Positions 1 to 7,946 of a stretch of 64,000 bases of DNA are shown here, piece by piece. The position numbers and the translations under genes were made by a program. Location: NCBI GenBank assembly GCA_038884455.1, contig JAWABU010000003.1, positions 1,969-65,968 on the forward strand, read 5' to 3'. The notes beneath the pieces were generated by a model. It was not told the DNA's origin and made no database searches. It saw only the letters and a program-made list of their open reading frames with translations. Numbering within the stretch: the first letter of the stretch is position 1; every line of letters starts with the position of its first letter. This DNA is from Thermoplasmatota archaeon (lineage in GTDB: Archaea; Thermoplasmatota; E2; DHVEG-1).

Positions 1-187
1 TGAGTTGTGGGATTTCACTGTATTGATTTGATAGGTGGTTGTTGTTTTGGTTATATGTGTTTTCAAGAATATTGGTAGTATCAGCATCTGTTGTGTAGAT
101 AAAATTTGTTGGTACTAGTAATAATAAAGCTACGATGAGTGTACTTATTACTAATAGTCCATGGTTTAATTTCTGTTTGTACATCAT
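1..187 (-). CDS. Partial CDS (N-terminal 62 codons, runs off the window start) for a secreted or membrane-anchored protein. It begins MMYKQKLNHGLLVISTLIVALLLLVPTNF, i.e. a signal peptide or TM helix.
   Basis: The reverse-strand ATG at about 187 is preceded by GGGGGA about 7 nt upstream. The frame stays open to position 1. There is a hydrophobic N-terminal helix. A TATA-like TTTTATATA element lies about 60 nt upstream at about 247-256. The ORF is shorter than the six-frame track cutoff because it is truncated. Confidence 0.4.
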   Translation of the reverse strand, partial: MMYKQKLNHGLLVISTLIVALLLLVPTNFIYTTDADTTNILENTYNQNNNHLSNQYSEIPQL

Positions 188-304
188 CTTATTTTCCCCC
201 GAAATTAATATAGATTAATTTCTATGAATAATAGTATACCGCACACTATATAAAAGTATCGATGAAGTGTGTTCTTGCTCCGTTTTTTTTTAAAAAATTA
301 ATTG

Positions 305-3300
305 TTATTGCTGTCGTTTTGTATTAACTAATTGTTTTTCATATAATAATTGATAACATCGCATGTTATGTGGTATTTCCTCGTTTCCAGCATGATCCCT
401 TGCCCAATATTCAAGCATGATCATAGATCCCATCGGTATCATTGGATAATCACTATAACGAAAACTTCCTTGTGAGTTGTAAATTGTTTGAATCTCAGGT
501 ACAAATGGATGAATTCTATAATAGATTGCGGCAACTCCAGAGCCTCCTTCATCAGTTGCAATAAGACTGATTAGCTCAGATGGTAACGTTGGTCTGCCCG
601 GTGGACTGATGGTGCCTTCAGGGTTAACCATGCTCTGAGGAGGGAGGATATCTTCTTGACTGATTATGCTAAAGAAAGCAATGTTTGGTGGATGTATATT
701 ACCTGCTTTATCGGTAGCAAAAAAATGAATTTGTAGTGTTCCTGAAAGAACTCCAAAGTTTGCTGGGATGATTTCAACATCTGGTTTAAATTGTTGTTCT
801 GTTAGTAGAGGAATACCATTATGCCATATAGTATAAGTTATGGAGGAGATACCGGATCCTTCATCAAAAGCATGAATCCAAAGAGGCATCCAAGCAGGTA
901 TTTCACCACCAGGTGGAATTATACTACTTGTTGGGGGTGTATTATCTATCTGAACTGTGATTGTTTCAGTTGTCATGAATCCATTGGTGTCGCTGAGTTG
1001 TACAACAAGTGTGTGGTATCCATCAGAAAACTGTGTGGTATCAATCGGTATTGTTGTTGTCTGTTCAGGTTGTTGTTTTCTATGAAATGAATACATACTA
1101 ACATTGGTCGTATTTTTTGGTGAGATTGCCCACATTCCTAAAATCAAATAATCTGTTCCATTGTAAAAAAGACTGCTGAAACCATTTTCTGGTGGATCTG
1201 TCCACATGTCATCATCAGATTCTCCATTTGCAGGATCAACATATGAAAACCGATAGATTGGAATTTGTTCTTCACCTGCATAACCGATTGGTTCAGCATC
1301 AGCACCTTTGCCGGTCACGAAATGTCCACCCATTGAGATGTTGTCATCGCCGGTACCTGTTTTTCCATCATCTCCCGGTTCAGCAGGTACAATAAATAGG
1401 ATTACTGATTGATTCCTTCTAATTTCATCTTGGTATTTCTTATAGGTTATCTGATTACTTCCTGCTACAGGGTTCCAAGTACCGCTATTGTTTTTTATTG
1501 TTGTATCATAGCGTTTTACCTCATAACCTGATTTATTGTTGCTGCATCCAACACCTCGTCTTTCCAGATACGCTTTGATTCCTACTTCAACATTATCAGC
1601 GGTGAACGTATCATTTGTATTGTTGACTTTTCGCATAGATGTTGTTCCATGGCAACAAGTCGTGTTTAAATCATTGATGAGTTCTTGTGCTACTGCTGTA
1701 TCATTTCCTATCTTATTTACTGGATATGTGCGGTTGTCTTTGAGTTGAGCAAGTGCGTTTGCTACAGCTGTTGGTCCGCACCATCTGCTTTTATTATCCT
1801 TGGGGCAGTTTGGACCTACATCGGTTTGTTTAACTGAACCCACACCGGTCTGTTGATATTCATCTGGTGAGGTATCGGATTTGGTTTTTTGAGGTGGTGT
1901 ACCAAGTTTGAATAATTCAAGACAAGCAAGATTATCTCCTCTATTGGTAAACATAAAAGGATAGATTCCTGATATTGCTGAACCATAGGCTGGTTGAAGG
2001 ATTGTTGTTTTTGGTGGATTTCTATCAATATATACTGATCTGATGTTTTCTCCAAAACCACCATAGATATCAGTCATCTGTGCTTTTAAAAGGTAATAAC
2101 CCTCAGGTAGTCCTGTGATGTTCCACAAAACACTCCATCCTTCATCACCCATTTTTTTATTTTGTCCTTCTGGGAAAAGGTATCCTTCAAAACCACCATA
2201 GGTATCATAACCGATATCAATCCAGGTGATGCCATTGTTTGCTGAATATGAAAAACTCGTGTTGATAATTTTACCGTGGTTGATGTCAACTGCTCGAACA
2301 TAAACAGGTGAATCTTTCACTGGTGCAACCTGCCAATCTTCTTCGTACCAGAAATCAGTAGCCATAGGATTTGTGATCCAAACCCATGGTGAGTGATAGG
2401 GTGTGAGAATAAACCCTCTGAGTTGTCCAGCTGGGTTGTACCCATAACCGACAACATCTCCATGGTCATTGATATCATAGGCTTCAACAAGACTCCATCC
2501 GCAATCCGGTGGAATCAACGTGTTTAAATCCTTCATCACACCGTTTTCATACAGGAACGCATGAAGCGCGATGTTTCCAGATATCGTTGATGAACCAACA
2601 ATAGCATCCGTAGTATTGATTGCATGAGCAAATGTTTTCGTTCCACCCAAAGTTCCAAGATGAGTAACAATTCCATGGTCAAACAGATATGCACGAGTAC
2701 CTTGTGGTGTTTCTGCGTTGCCAATAATCACTCCCTGATTATTGATGTCAACTGCTTGGTCGTTTTCAAAACCAGATTCAAGACGCTGTATCCCTGTTGA
2801 TTCATTCCAGACGAATGCATGGTTATGCGTCCCATTTTCATCAGTATATGATGATGTACCAATAATAGTTCCTTGGTCATTGATTGCACGGGCAACACTC
2901 CCTGTATCACCAGGTACTATCCCGAGATCAATCATACCATTTTCTTGGCCCCAGAGAAACGCATGGGATGGTTGCCATTGTCGTGGTTCAACATACGAGG
3001 TACCGACAATCTTTCCTTGATTGTTAACATCATACGCGTAACTAACATAGTCCATCCCCATAAGACTGCCCAGATCAAACATGCCGTTTTCATTCCAAAG
3101 GCAGGCATGAACCGTCCAGTTTGGTTGCCTTCGATGTGAACTTCCAACGATCCACCCATGGTCATTGATTGCCTGAGCAGAGCTCCACAACCCGTTTCCC
3201 AAAATGCCAAGATCAGTTATTAGACCTGCATCATTCAGAAATGCATGCTGTGCTCCATATTCTACTCCTGAGCTTCCCACAACCTGACCATGGTTATTTA

Positions 3301-6300
3301 CTGCATACGCCAAGCTTACATTGGTTTCTTCACCAAGAATTCCCAGATCGGTAACACCATACGGTGCATAGACGGTTGGACCAAGAATCGTTGTGGTGGT
3401 TGTTTGAAGAACACCATTAGAAGCTATGAAGAAAAACTCATGTCTTCCTGGTGATAACCGCATTCCATACACATAGGTTAATCCTTGTTGTTTTCCACCA
3501 ATGTTACCATCTTTTGGAAAGATACGATGAACGTTTCCATCGATAATGATTGTTAAACCTTGTAGGTCATTCCATGAGGCATCAAAGATATCCCAATTTC
3601 CATTTCTATTGCTGTGCCATTTAATATCTGGCTCACAAATAGTATTAAGCGCTATATCTGGGAACATGTCATCATGGGTATCAGGTGATACGAGAATGTC
3701 GGCTGCAGGATTATTATTGCTGGTGCTGATCTCAGAGTAATAGATATCCCAGTTGCCTATACGATCATCATGCCAGGTGAGTAGTATGTCGCCATCAAGA
3801 GTAGATCCAATTACTTGTATCCGTGGGTACATTGAATATCCATCAAAAACTGGACCAGTGTAAACCCCAAAATTAGTACTTGGATCTTTCATATCGCTTT
3901 GTCGTTTTATATCATATGCTGATGGATAAGGAACACCGCCAGGCATGATGGTTATAGTACCAATGGTGAGGGTGTAGATCTCCCATTGACCTTGTATATG
4001 GGTTTGTTCTTCTTCATGACCTGGGTCGGTTGCTCTGATATCCATGAATGCTATATGAGGAGTATTGTTGGCATCTAACGCAAGAGCTGGTGATGCAGAA
4101 CTATATCCATCGTTTTCTGATGCTTGGTAATCATCAAAGTTACGGATCACGATGACACTATCGCTTGCACTGTTTCCATTGCAATCATCTCGATAGGGAT
4201 CGAGTTTTTCATAGAAGATTTCCCATGCTGTATTAATGGTGTTAAATTGATCCATCCATACGATATGGATACAATCATCGGTCCCAACTGCAAGAACTGG
4301 ACTGATAGAATCATTATTAGCCATCCATAACGGTGGTGCAGGGTTGCTAATCCTGGTATCATCAATGAGGGTTGTTGGAATGCCTTGCTGATTTGGTGCA
4401 TTATCCTGGAGTTGGTAGTAGACCTCCCAGGTTGGGTTTCGATGATCACTCCACACAATTGAAATGTTTCTTCGTGAATCAATCGTGATACCAGGATGCT
4501 CGATAAATTGAGGATCATGACTTTCAAAAGGACCAACCACGCGTCCTGAACTTTTTCCATCATGGGCTGATACCCGCCAGTCTGGTCTTGTGGCATCAGC
4601 ACCACTCTGCACTGCTGAATAGTTCAGTAACCCTCCGATTTTCGAATAATAAATCTCATAGATATCATCAGTATCGTTTGGATTAGGGTCATCACGCTGA
4701 TCCGCCCAGACAACGTGGATGTTTTCAAACACATCCATCTGCGGATGTTGGATCAAAGCAGTCTGTTCAGCAACGAGTTGATGGATCGCATATCGATGTG
4801 CTTCTTCGACAGATATTTTTCCATTATTATTATAATCTGCACTCATGTTTTGGATACGATCATAGAATCGATACACATACGAGTACGTTGTTTCGTCTTC
4901 TCTACCGCAGGCAAGCACCACGCGATGAGGACCAGCACAGTCAGGGATAAAACCACCTGCATGACACGTATCAACAACAATAACCATATCCTTATAGGGA
5001 ATCGCATCGAGTCGTTCGTCGAGTTCATCATCAGTATAACTGGTTGACGAGACAACATTTACTTCATCAGGGTTTTCATATGTGCCAAATGATTCATCAA
5101 AGTTGTCTTCACATTCATCATTTGCGGTTCGTATATCACCATTTCTCCCATTGGCTAGGGCCCGAGCTCCATGGTCTTGGAGATACACAAAGACAAGATC
5201 ATGTAATGTTGTTTGATGTTCTAATAAATGAAAAGCATTGGTTAGATTTGTTTTTGTTGCTCCTCCATCAATCCAGGATTCGTTGAAGTCAAAGGGTAAC
5301 GGTTGCCAGGTGACCGCAGGGTAGTTATCACTTTCAATGATACGCCATTTCACCAAGTTTCCTTGAGTATCAGTGATCCAATATGGTATAGTAAGCACCG
5401 TGATATGATCATCAGAAAAACCAAGGTTAAGGAGTGTCTGTCGCATTTTTTCTACTTCATATTTGAATCTTATTTCAGGATAGAAATATCGTGCGATAAA
5501 TGTGAAATCATAGGTTTGTGGTCCACCACCATCAAGATCTGAAAAACCCCATGTGATTCCTCGCCAGTCATTTGCTATATACGGGTTTCCGTCAGTGTAA
5601 TACCATTTGTATGGATCTGTTGACGTCACATCAATGCGATATGCACGTCGTATTTGAAATGGTGCGGGTACCCATTTGTAAAAGGCCAGCCATTGTTTCC
5701 CATCAGGGATTAGTGATGATGATATTGTTTTTGAAAATACGACGCCTCCCCCACCAGTTAAATCAGTAATATTTACTGTAATGCTACTTGAATAGGTAAG
5801 GTTTGGGTCTTTGTAGATCATAAGATCTATCCAGAGATCAGTTGAGAGGTACTTGTGTCCTGTGACAAATTGTTGCCAGTGGTTGGGTGTGGTGTTCACC
5901 CAGCAGCTGTGTGGTTCTTTGAACTGTGTCTGATCATAGTAGTAACGAACCGGTGCAGCTAACACAGCATACCGATCTTCATAGTGTACATCATTGAGGT
6001 AGATTTCCTCATGAGGTTCGATGATTAAGGAGGGATACATAGAATTAGAGTTGTTACCATCAGAGATCATCGTATCATTGACGATGGTTTGATTAGTAAT
6101 CGTTGTGGTACCACAGAGATTTCCAACACCGGTTCCCTGAGGGTTTATTTCTTTGTAGAAAACCTCCCATTTGAAGTTGGTATACCTCATCCACACACAA
6201 TGCGAATGATTATCATAACCAACTGCTTTACGCACATGAACATCATTATCAAGATCAACGACAACGTTTTTTTCAGTTTTAAAAAAATTCTGTCCAAAGA

Positions 6301-7903
6301 GTGTCCCTACATCATCAAAGTACTCCATGTTAAATCCATAGGTTTCTGTAGTTTGCCCTATTGTTGGGGTAACCTGTATGTTTTCAATTTCAGGTGGTGT
6401 GATATCAAGATAGATATCATAGATGGTTTTTAGTTCTTCAATGTTGTTCGCTGTATCAATACTATAATATTGAAGTATATGTGGTGTTGGATACGGTGCA
6501 AATCCTGCTAAGGTAAATGGTTCAGTGTAAATATTCCAGATTCCCGCATCGATACGGTAGAATGTACCTGCAACATCTGGATCTTTATCAGAACCGTGGA
6601 GATAATATGAGGTGTTGTCAATCGCTTCTAAGATAAACGGTGTTGTCGCACGTACTAGAATCGAGTATGTTGCTCCCTTTTGTTGCATGAGATGCGGATC
6701 ACCAATCGTTAGTTTTGTAACTGGTGGTTTCGTATCAGATGACGGAAGGGTGTATATGATACGTATATTTGAGATTTCAAGAGATCCTGCAGCATCAGAA
6801 TGGAACAAAAGTGGAATCATGACCTCCGGTGGATCTGGTGGTGCGATGCTTAGCAAATCGTTGAGCTCAGCTGAAAAATCAGACATTGTTTCTTTTGAGG
6901 TAAACAGACCGGGATGGGACCATTCAAGGTCGCCATCATTTCCTACATCAAGACTTGGATTGAAGGGATAACTCAAAAAATTTTGGTACACAGCAAAATC
7001 GTCCCAGAGTCCTTGGCCATAATTATCACTACCTGTTTCGAAATCACCAATGCGAAATGTCAGAGGATTACTTATTCCACCACAGAAAGCTGCTGTTGTC
7101 TTAAACACACCATCAATATAGATATCATAATTATTTTGAGAAGGATGAACAAAATATTCAATATGGTACCATATCGCTGGCGTCAAAGTCATTATGAGAC
7201 TATTTGTTGTCCCTGTTCGATATTTGAAGTCACAACCCTGATCAATAACAGTTAAGGTATGCGATGGATTTGAAAATACATCAAACCAATGATTCGTCGT
7301 TGAAGGTAAACGAAAATAGAAGGAAACGTGGTAATCCTGGAGAGGATCGATTGGAAGTAGATGTTCTGCTTTTGCCACAGAAGCAGGGTATTGCGGTGAA
7401 TACATACGTAAGCAGAGAGGAGGACTGTGGGGGGGACCACCACCATAGACTTGAATTATTCCTGATCCTGTTGTTGTTTTCACCCAATCAGTTATATCTC
7501 CATCATTGAAATCATCCATCCAGACAATATTCGGTGCCGGATACGGTAACCCTTTGATATCCATTTGTGCTGAAACAATAGTTGCATTTCTGGGTATACT
7601 CAGATACTCAAGAATATCACTTGCTTCTGGAAAGGTGAGATTTTTACGAGATGATCCATCAGAAAGAGTAGTAATTACATATTGTTCGGGTCGCTGTTCA
7701 TCTTTTTGTCTTATGAACTCTTTTTTATTGTTTAATTCATATGCAAGATTTTTTTTTGTAGTAGTAGATTTTGAGAGATGAGATAGATTTTTATTAGTAT
7801 CTGAAAAACATAGTGCACTTATCATGGAAACCGGTGCTGTCAATAAAAATACACAAACGAAAACCACCCAAACCCTCGGATACTTTTTGATTTTTTGTTT
7901 CAT
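305..7903 (-). CDS. Giant secreted multidomain surface protein (2532 aa). Layout, N- to C-terminus: signal peptide; LamG/ConA-like lectin domain (aa ~125-310); Ig-like domain (aa ~390-505); caspase-like clan-CD cysteine peptidase domain (His911/Cys980); about 6 PD40/TolB-like propeller repeats; about 7 HAF repeats; a papain-like module with a 'WCGPTAVANALAQL' motif (Cys2042); C-terminal Ig-like domains with AGN motifs.
   Basis: A long uninterrupted ORF with the start codon MKQKIKKYPRVWVVFVCVFLLTAPVSMISA, giving a hydrophobic signal or anchor. GGGAG lies 8 nt upstream of the ATG. The protein is dense in N-x-S/T sequons. Motifs read directly include VFVYLQDHGA...MVIVVDTCHAGGF, repeated W-x-D-x-R-x-G-x-W-(D/E)-I-Y-Y, and repeated N-D/N-x-G-Q/W-(V/I)-V-G-S...HAFLW...DLG. 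Confidence 0.9.
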   Translation of the reverse strand: MKQKIKKYPRVWVVFVCVFLLTAPVSMISALCFSDTNKNLSHLSKSTTTKKNLAYELNNKKEFIRQKDEQRPEQYVITTLSDGSSRKNLTFPEASDILEYLSIPRNATIVSAQMDIKGLPYPAPNIVWMDDFNDGDITDWVKTTTGSGIIQVYGGGPPHSPPLCLRMYSPQYPASVAKAEHLLPIDPLQDYHVSFYFRLPSTTNHWFDVFSNPSHTLTVIDQGCDFKYRTGTTNSLIMTLTPAIWYHIEYFVHPSQNNYDIYIDGVFKTTAAFCGGISNPLTFRIGDFETGSDNYGQGLWDDFAVYQNFLSYPFNPSLDVGNDGDLEWSHPGLFTSKETMSDFSAELNDLLSIAPPDPPEVMIPLLFHSDAAGSLEISNIRIIYTLPSSDTKPPVTKLTIGDPHLMQQKGATYSILVRATTPFILEAIDNTSYYLHGSDKDPDVAGTFYRIDAGIWNIYTEPFTLAGFAPYPTPHILQYYSIDTANNIEELKTIYDIYLDITPPEIENIQVTPTIGQTTETYGFNMEYFDDVGTLFGQNFFKTEKNVVVDLDNDVHVRKAVGYDNHSHCVWMRYTNFKWEVFYKEINPQGTGVGNLCGTTTITNQTIVNDTMISDGNNSNSMYPSLIIEPHEEIYLNDVHYEDRYAVLAAPVRYYYDQTQFKEPHSCWVNTTPNHWQQFVTGHKYLSTDLWIDLMIYKDPNLTYSSSITVNITDLTGGGGVVFSKTISSSLIPDGKQWLAFYKWVPAPFQIRRAYRIDVTSTDPYKWYYTDGNPYIANDWRGITWGFSDLDGGGPQTYDFTFIARYFYPEIRFKYEVEKMRQTLLNLGFSDDHITVLTIPYWITDTQGNLVKWRIIESDNYPAVTWQPLPFDFNESWIDGGATKTNLTNAFHLLEHQTTLHDLVFVYLQDHGARALANGRNGDIRTANDECEDNFDESFGTYENPDEVNVVSSTSYTDDELDERLDAIPYKDMVIVVDTCHAGGFIPDCAGPHRVVLACGREDETTYSYVYRFYDRIQNMSADYNNNGKISVEEAHRYAIHQLVAEQTALIQHPQMDVFENIHVVWADQRDDPNPNDTDDIYEIYYSKIGGLLNYSAVQSGADATRPDWRVSAHDGKSSGRVVGPFESHDPQFIEHPGITIDSRRNISIVWSDHRNPTWEVYYQLQDNAPNQQGIPTTLIDDTRISNPAPPLWMANNDSISPVLAVGTDDCIHIVWMDQFNTINTAWEIFYEKLDPYRDDCNGNSASDSVIVIRNFDDYQASENDGYSSASPALALDANNTPHIAFMDIRATDPGHEEEQTHIQGQWEIYTLTIGTITIMPGGVPYPSAYDIKRQSDMKDPSTNFGVYTGPVFDGYSMYPRIQVIGSTLDGDILLTWHDDRIGNWDIYYSEISTSNNNPAADILVSPDTHDDMFPDIALNTICEPDIKWHSNRNGNWDIFDASWNDLQGLTIIIDGNVHRIFPKDGNIGGKQQGLTYVYGMRLSPGRHEFFFIASNGVLQTTTTTILGPTVYAPYGVTDLGILGEETNVSLAYAVNNHGQVVGSSGVEYGAQHAFLNDAGLITDLGILGNGLWSSAQAINDHGWIVGSSHRRQPNWTVHACLWNENGMFDLGSLMGMDYVSYAYDVNNQGKIVGTSYVEPRQWQPSHAFLWGQENGMIDLGIVPGDTGSVARAINDQGTIIGTSSYTDENGTHNHAFVWNESTGIQRLESGFENDQAVDINNQGVIIGNAETPQGTRAYLFDHGIVTHLGTLGGTKTFAHAINTTDAIVGSSTISGNIALHAFLYENGVMKDLNTLIPPDCGWSLVEAYDINDHGDVVGYGYNPAGQLRGFILTPYHSPWVWITNPMATDFWYEEDWQVAPVKDSPVYVRAVDINHGKIINTSFSYSANNGITWIDIGYDTYGGFEGYLFPEGQNKKMGDEGWSVLWNITGLPEGYYLLKAQMTDIYGGFGENIRSVYIDRNPPKTTILQPAYGSAISGIYPFMFTNRGDNLACLELFKLGTPPQKTKSDTSPDEYQQTGVGSVKQTDVGPNCPKDNKSRWCGPTAVANALAQLKDNRTYPVNKIGNDTAVAQELINDLNTTCCHGTTSMRKVNNTNDTFTADNVEVGIKAYLERRGVGCSNNKSGYEVKRYDTTIKNNSGTWNPVAGSNQITYKKYQDEIRRNQSVILFIVPAEPGDDGKTGTGDDNISMGGHFVTGKGADAEPIGYAGEEQIPIYRFSYVDPANGESDDDMWTDPPENGFSSLFYNGTDYLILGMWAISPKNTTNVSMYSFHRKQQPEQTTTIPIDTTQFSDGYHTLVVQLSDTNGFMTTETITVQIDNTPPTSSIIPPGGEIPAWMPLWIHAFDEGSGISSITYTIWHNGIPLLTEQQFKPDVEIIPANFGVLSGTLQIHFFATDKAGNIHPPNIAFFSIISQEDILPPQSMVNPEGTISPPGRPTLPSELISLIATDEGGSGVAAIYYRIHPFVPEIQTIYNSQGSFRYSDYPMIPMGSMIMLEYWARDHAGNEEIPHNMRCYQLLYEKQLVNTKRQQ
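1304..1846 (-). other. Second copy of a papain-fold cysteine peptidase-like module, in giant protein 1. The candidate Cys2042 is encoded at 1778-1780.
   Basis: The motif NCPKDNKSRWCGPTAVANALAQL has the same C-G-P-(A/T) core as the module in giant protein 2. Further cysteines lie downstream (TTCCHG, GVGCS). Confidence 0.35.
2414..3361 (-). repeat. Array of about 7 HAF-family extracellular repeats within giant protein 1 (aa ~1515-1830). Pattern: INDxGqVVGsS ... HAFLW ... G-M-x-DLG.
   Basis: The protein-level repeats were read directly: AVNNHGQVVGSS...AQHAFLNDAG..DLG, AINDHGWIVGSS...HACLWNENGMFDLG, DVNNQGKIVGTS...HAFLWGQENGMIDLG, AINDQGTIIGTS...HAFVWNESTGIQ, DINNQGVIIG...RAYLFDHGIVTHLG, AINTTDAIVGSS...HAFLYENGVMKDL, and DINDHGDVVGYG...RGFILT. 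Confidence 0.7.
3554..4726 (-). repeat. PD40/TolB-like beta-propeller repeat region within giant protein 1 (aa ~1060-1450), with about 6 blades.
   Basis: Recurring motif instances: HVVWADQRDD..DIYEIYY, ISIVWSDHRNPTWEVYY, IHIVWMDQFNT..AWEIFY, PHIAFMDIR...WEIYT, ILLTWHDDRIGNWDIYY, and DIKWHSNRNGNWDIFD. Confidence 0.55.
4754..5416 (-). other. Caspase-like clan-CD cysteine peptidase domain (C14 metacaspase / C25 / CHAT-like) embedded in giant protein 1. Putative catalytic His911 is encoded at 5171-5173 and Cys980 at 4964-4966.
   Basis: A hydrophobic strand is followed by His-Gly (LVFVYLQDHGA). About 69 residues later a hydrophobic strand is followed by D-T-C-H-A-G-G (MVIVVDTCHAGGF). This is the clan-CD dyad signature (cf. 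metacaspase DSCHSG). The codon positions were verified on the DNA. Confidence 0.55.
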
Positions 7904-7946
7904 GTTTTTTCTCCCAATATAATATCTAAATTTTTTGGTGTTTTTT

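Noticed and set aside
821-7781. About 25 plus-strand ORFs of 60-150 aa listed in the six-frame track inside the giant gene 1 region.
   Set aside because: All lie antisense to, and completely inside, a continuous 7.6-kb ORF with strong domain content. They are low-complexity AT-rich translations with no motifs, so they are spurious.
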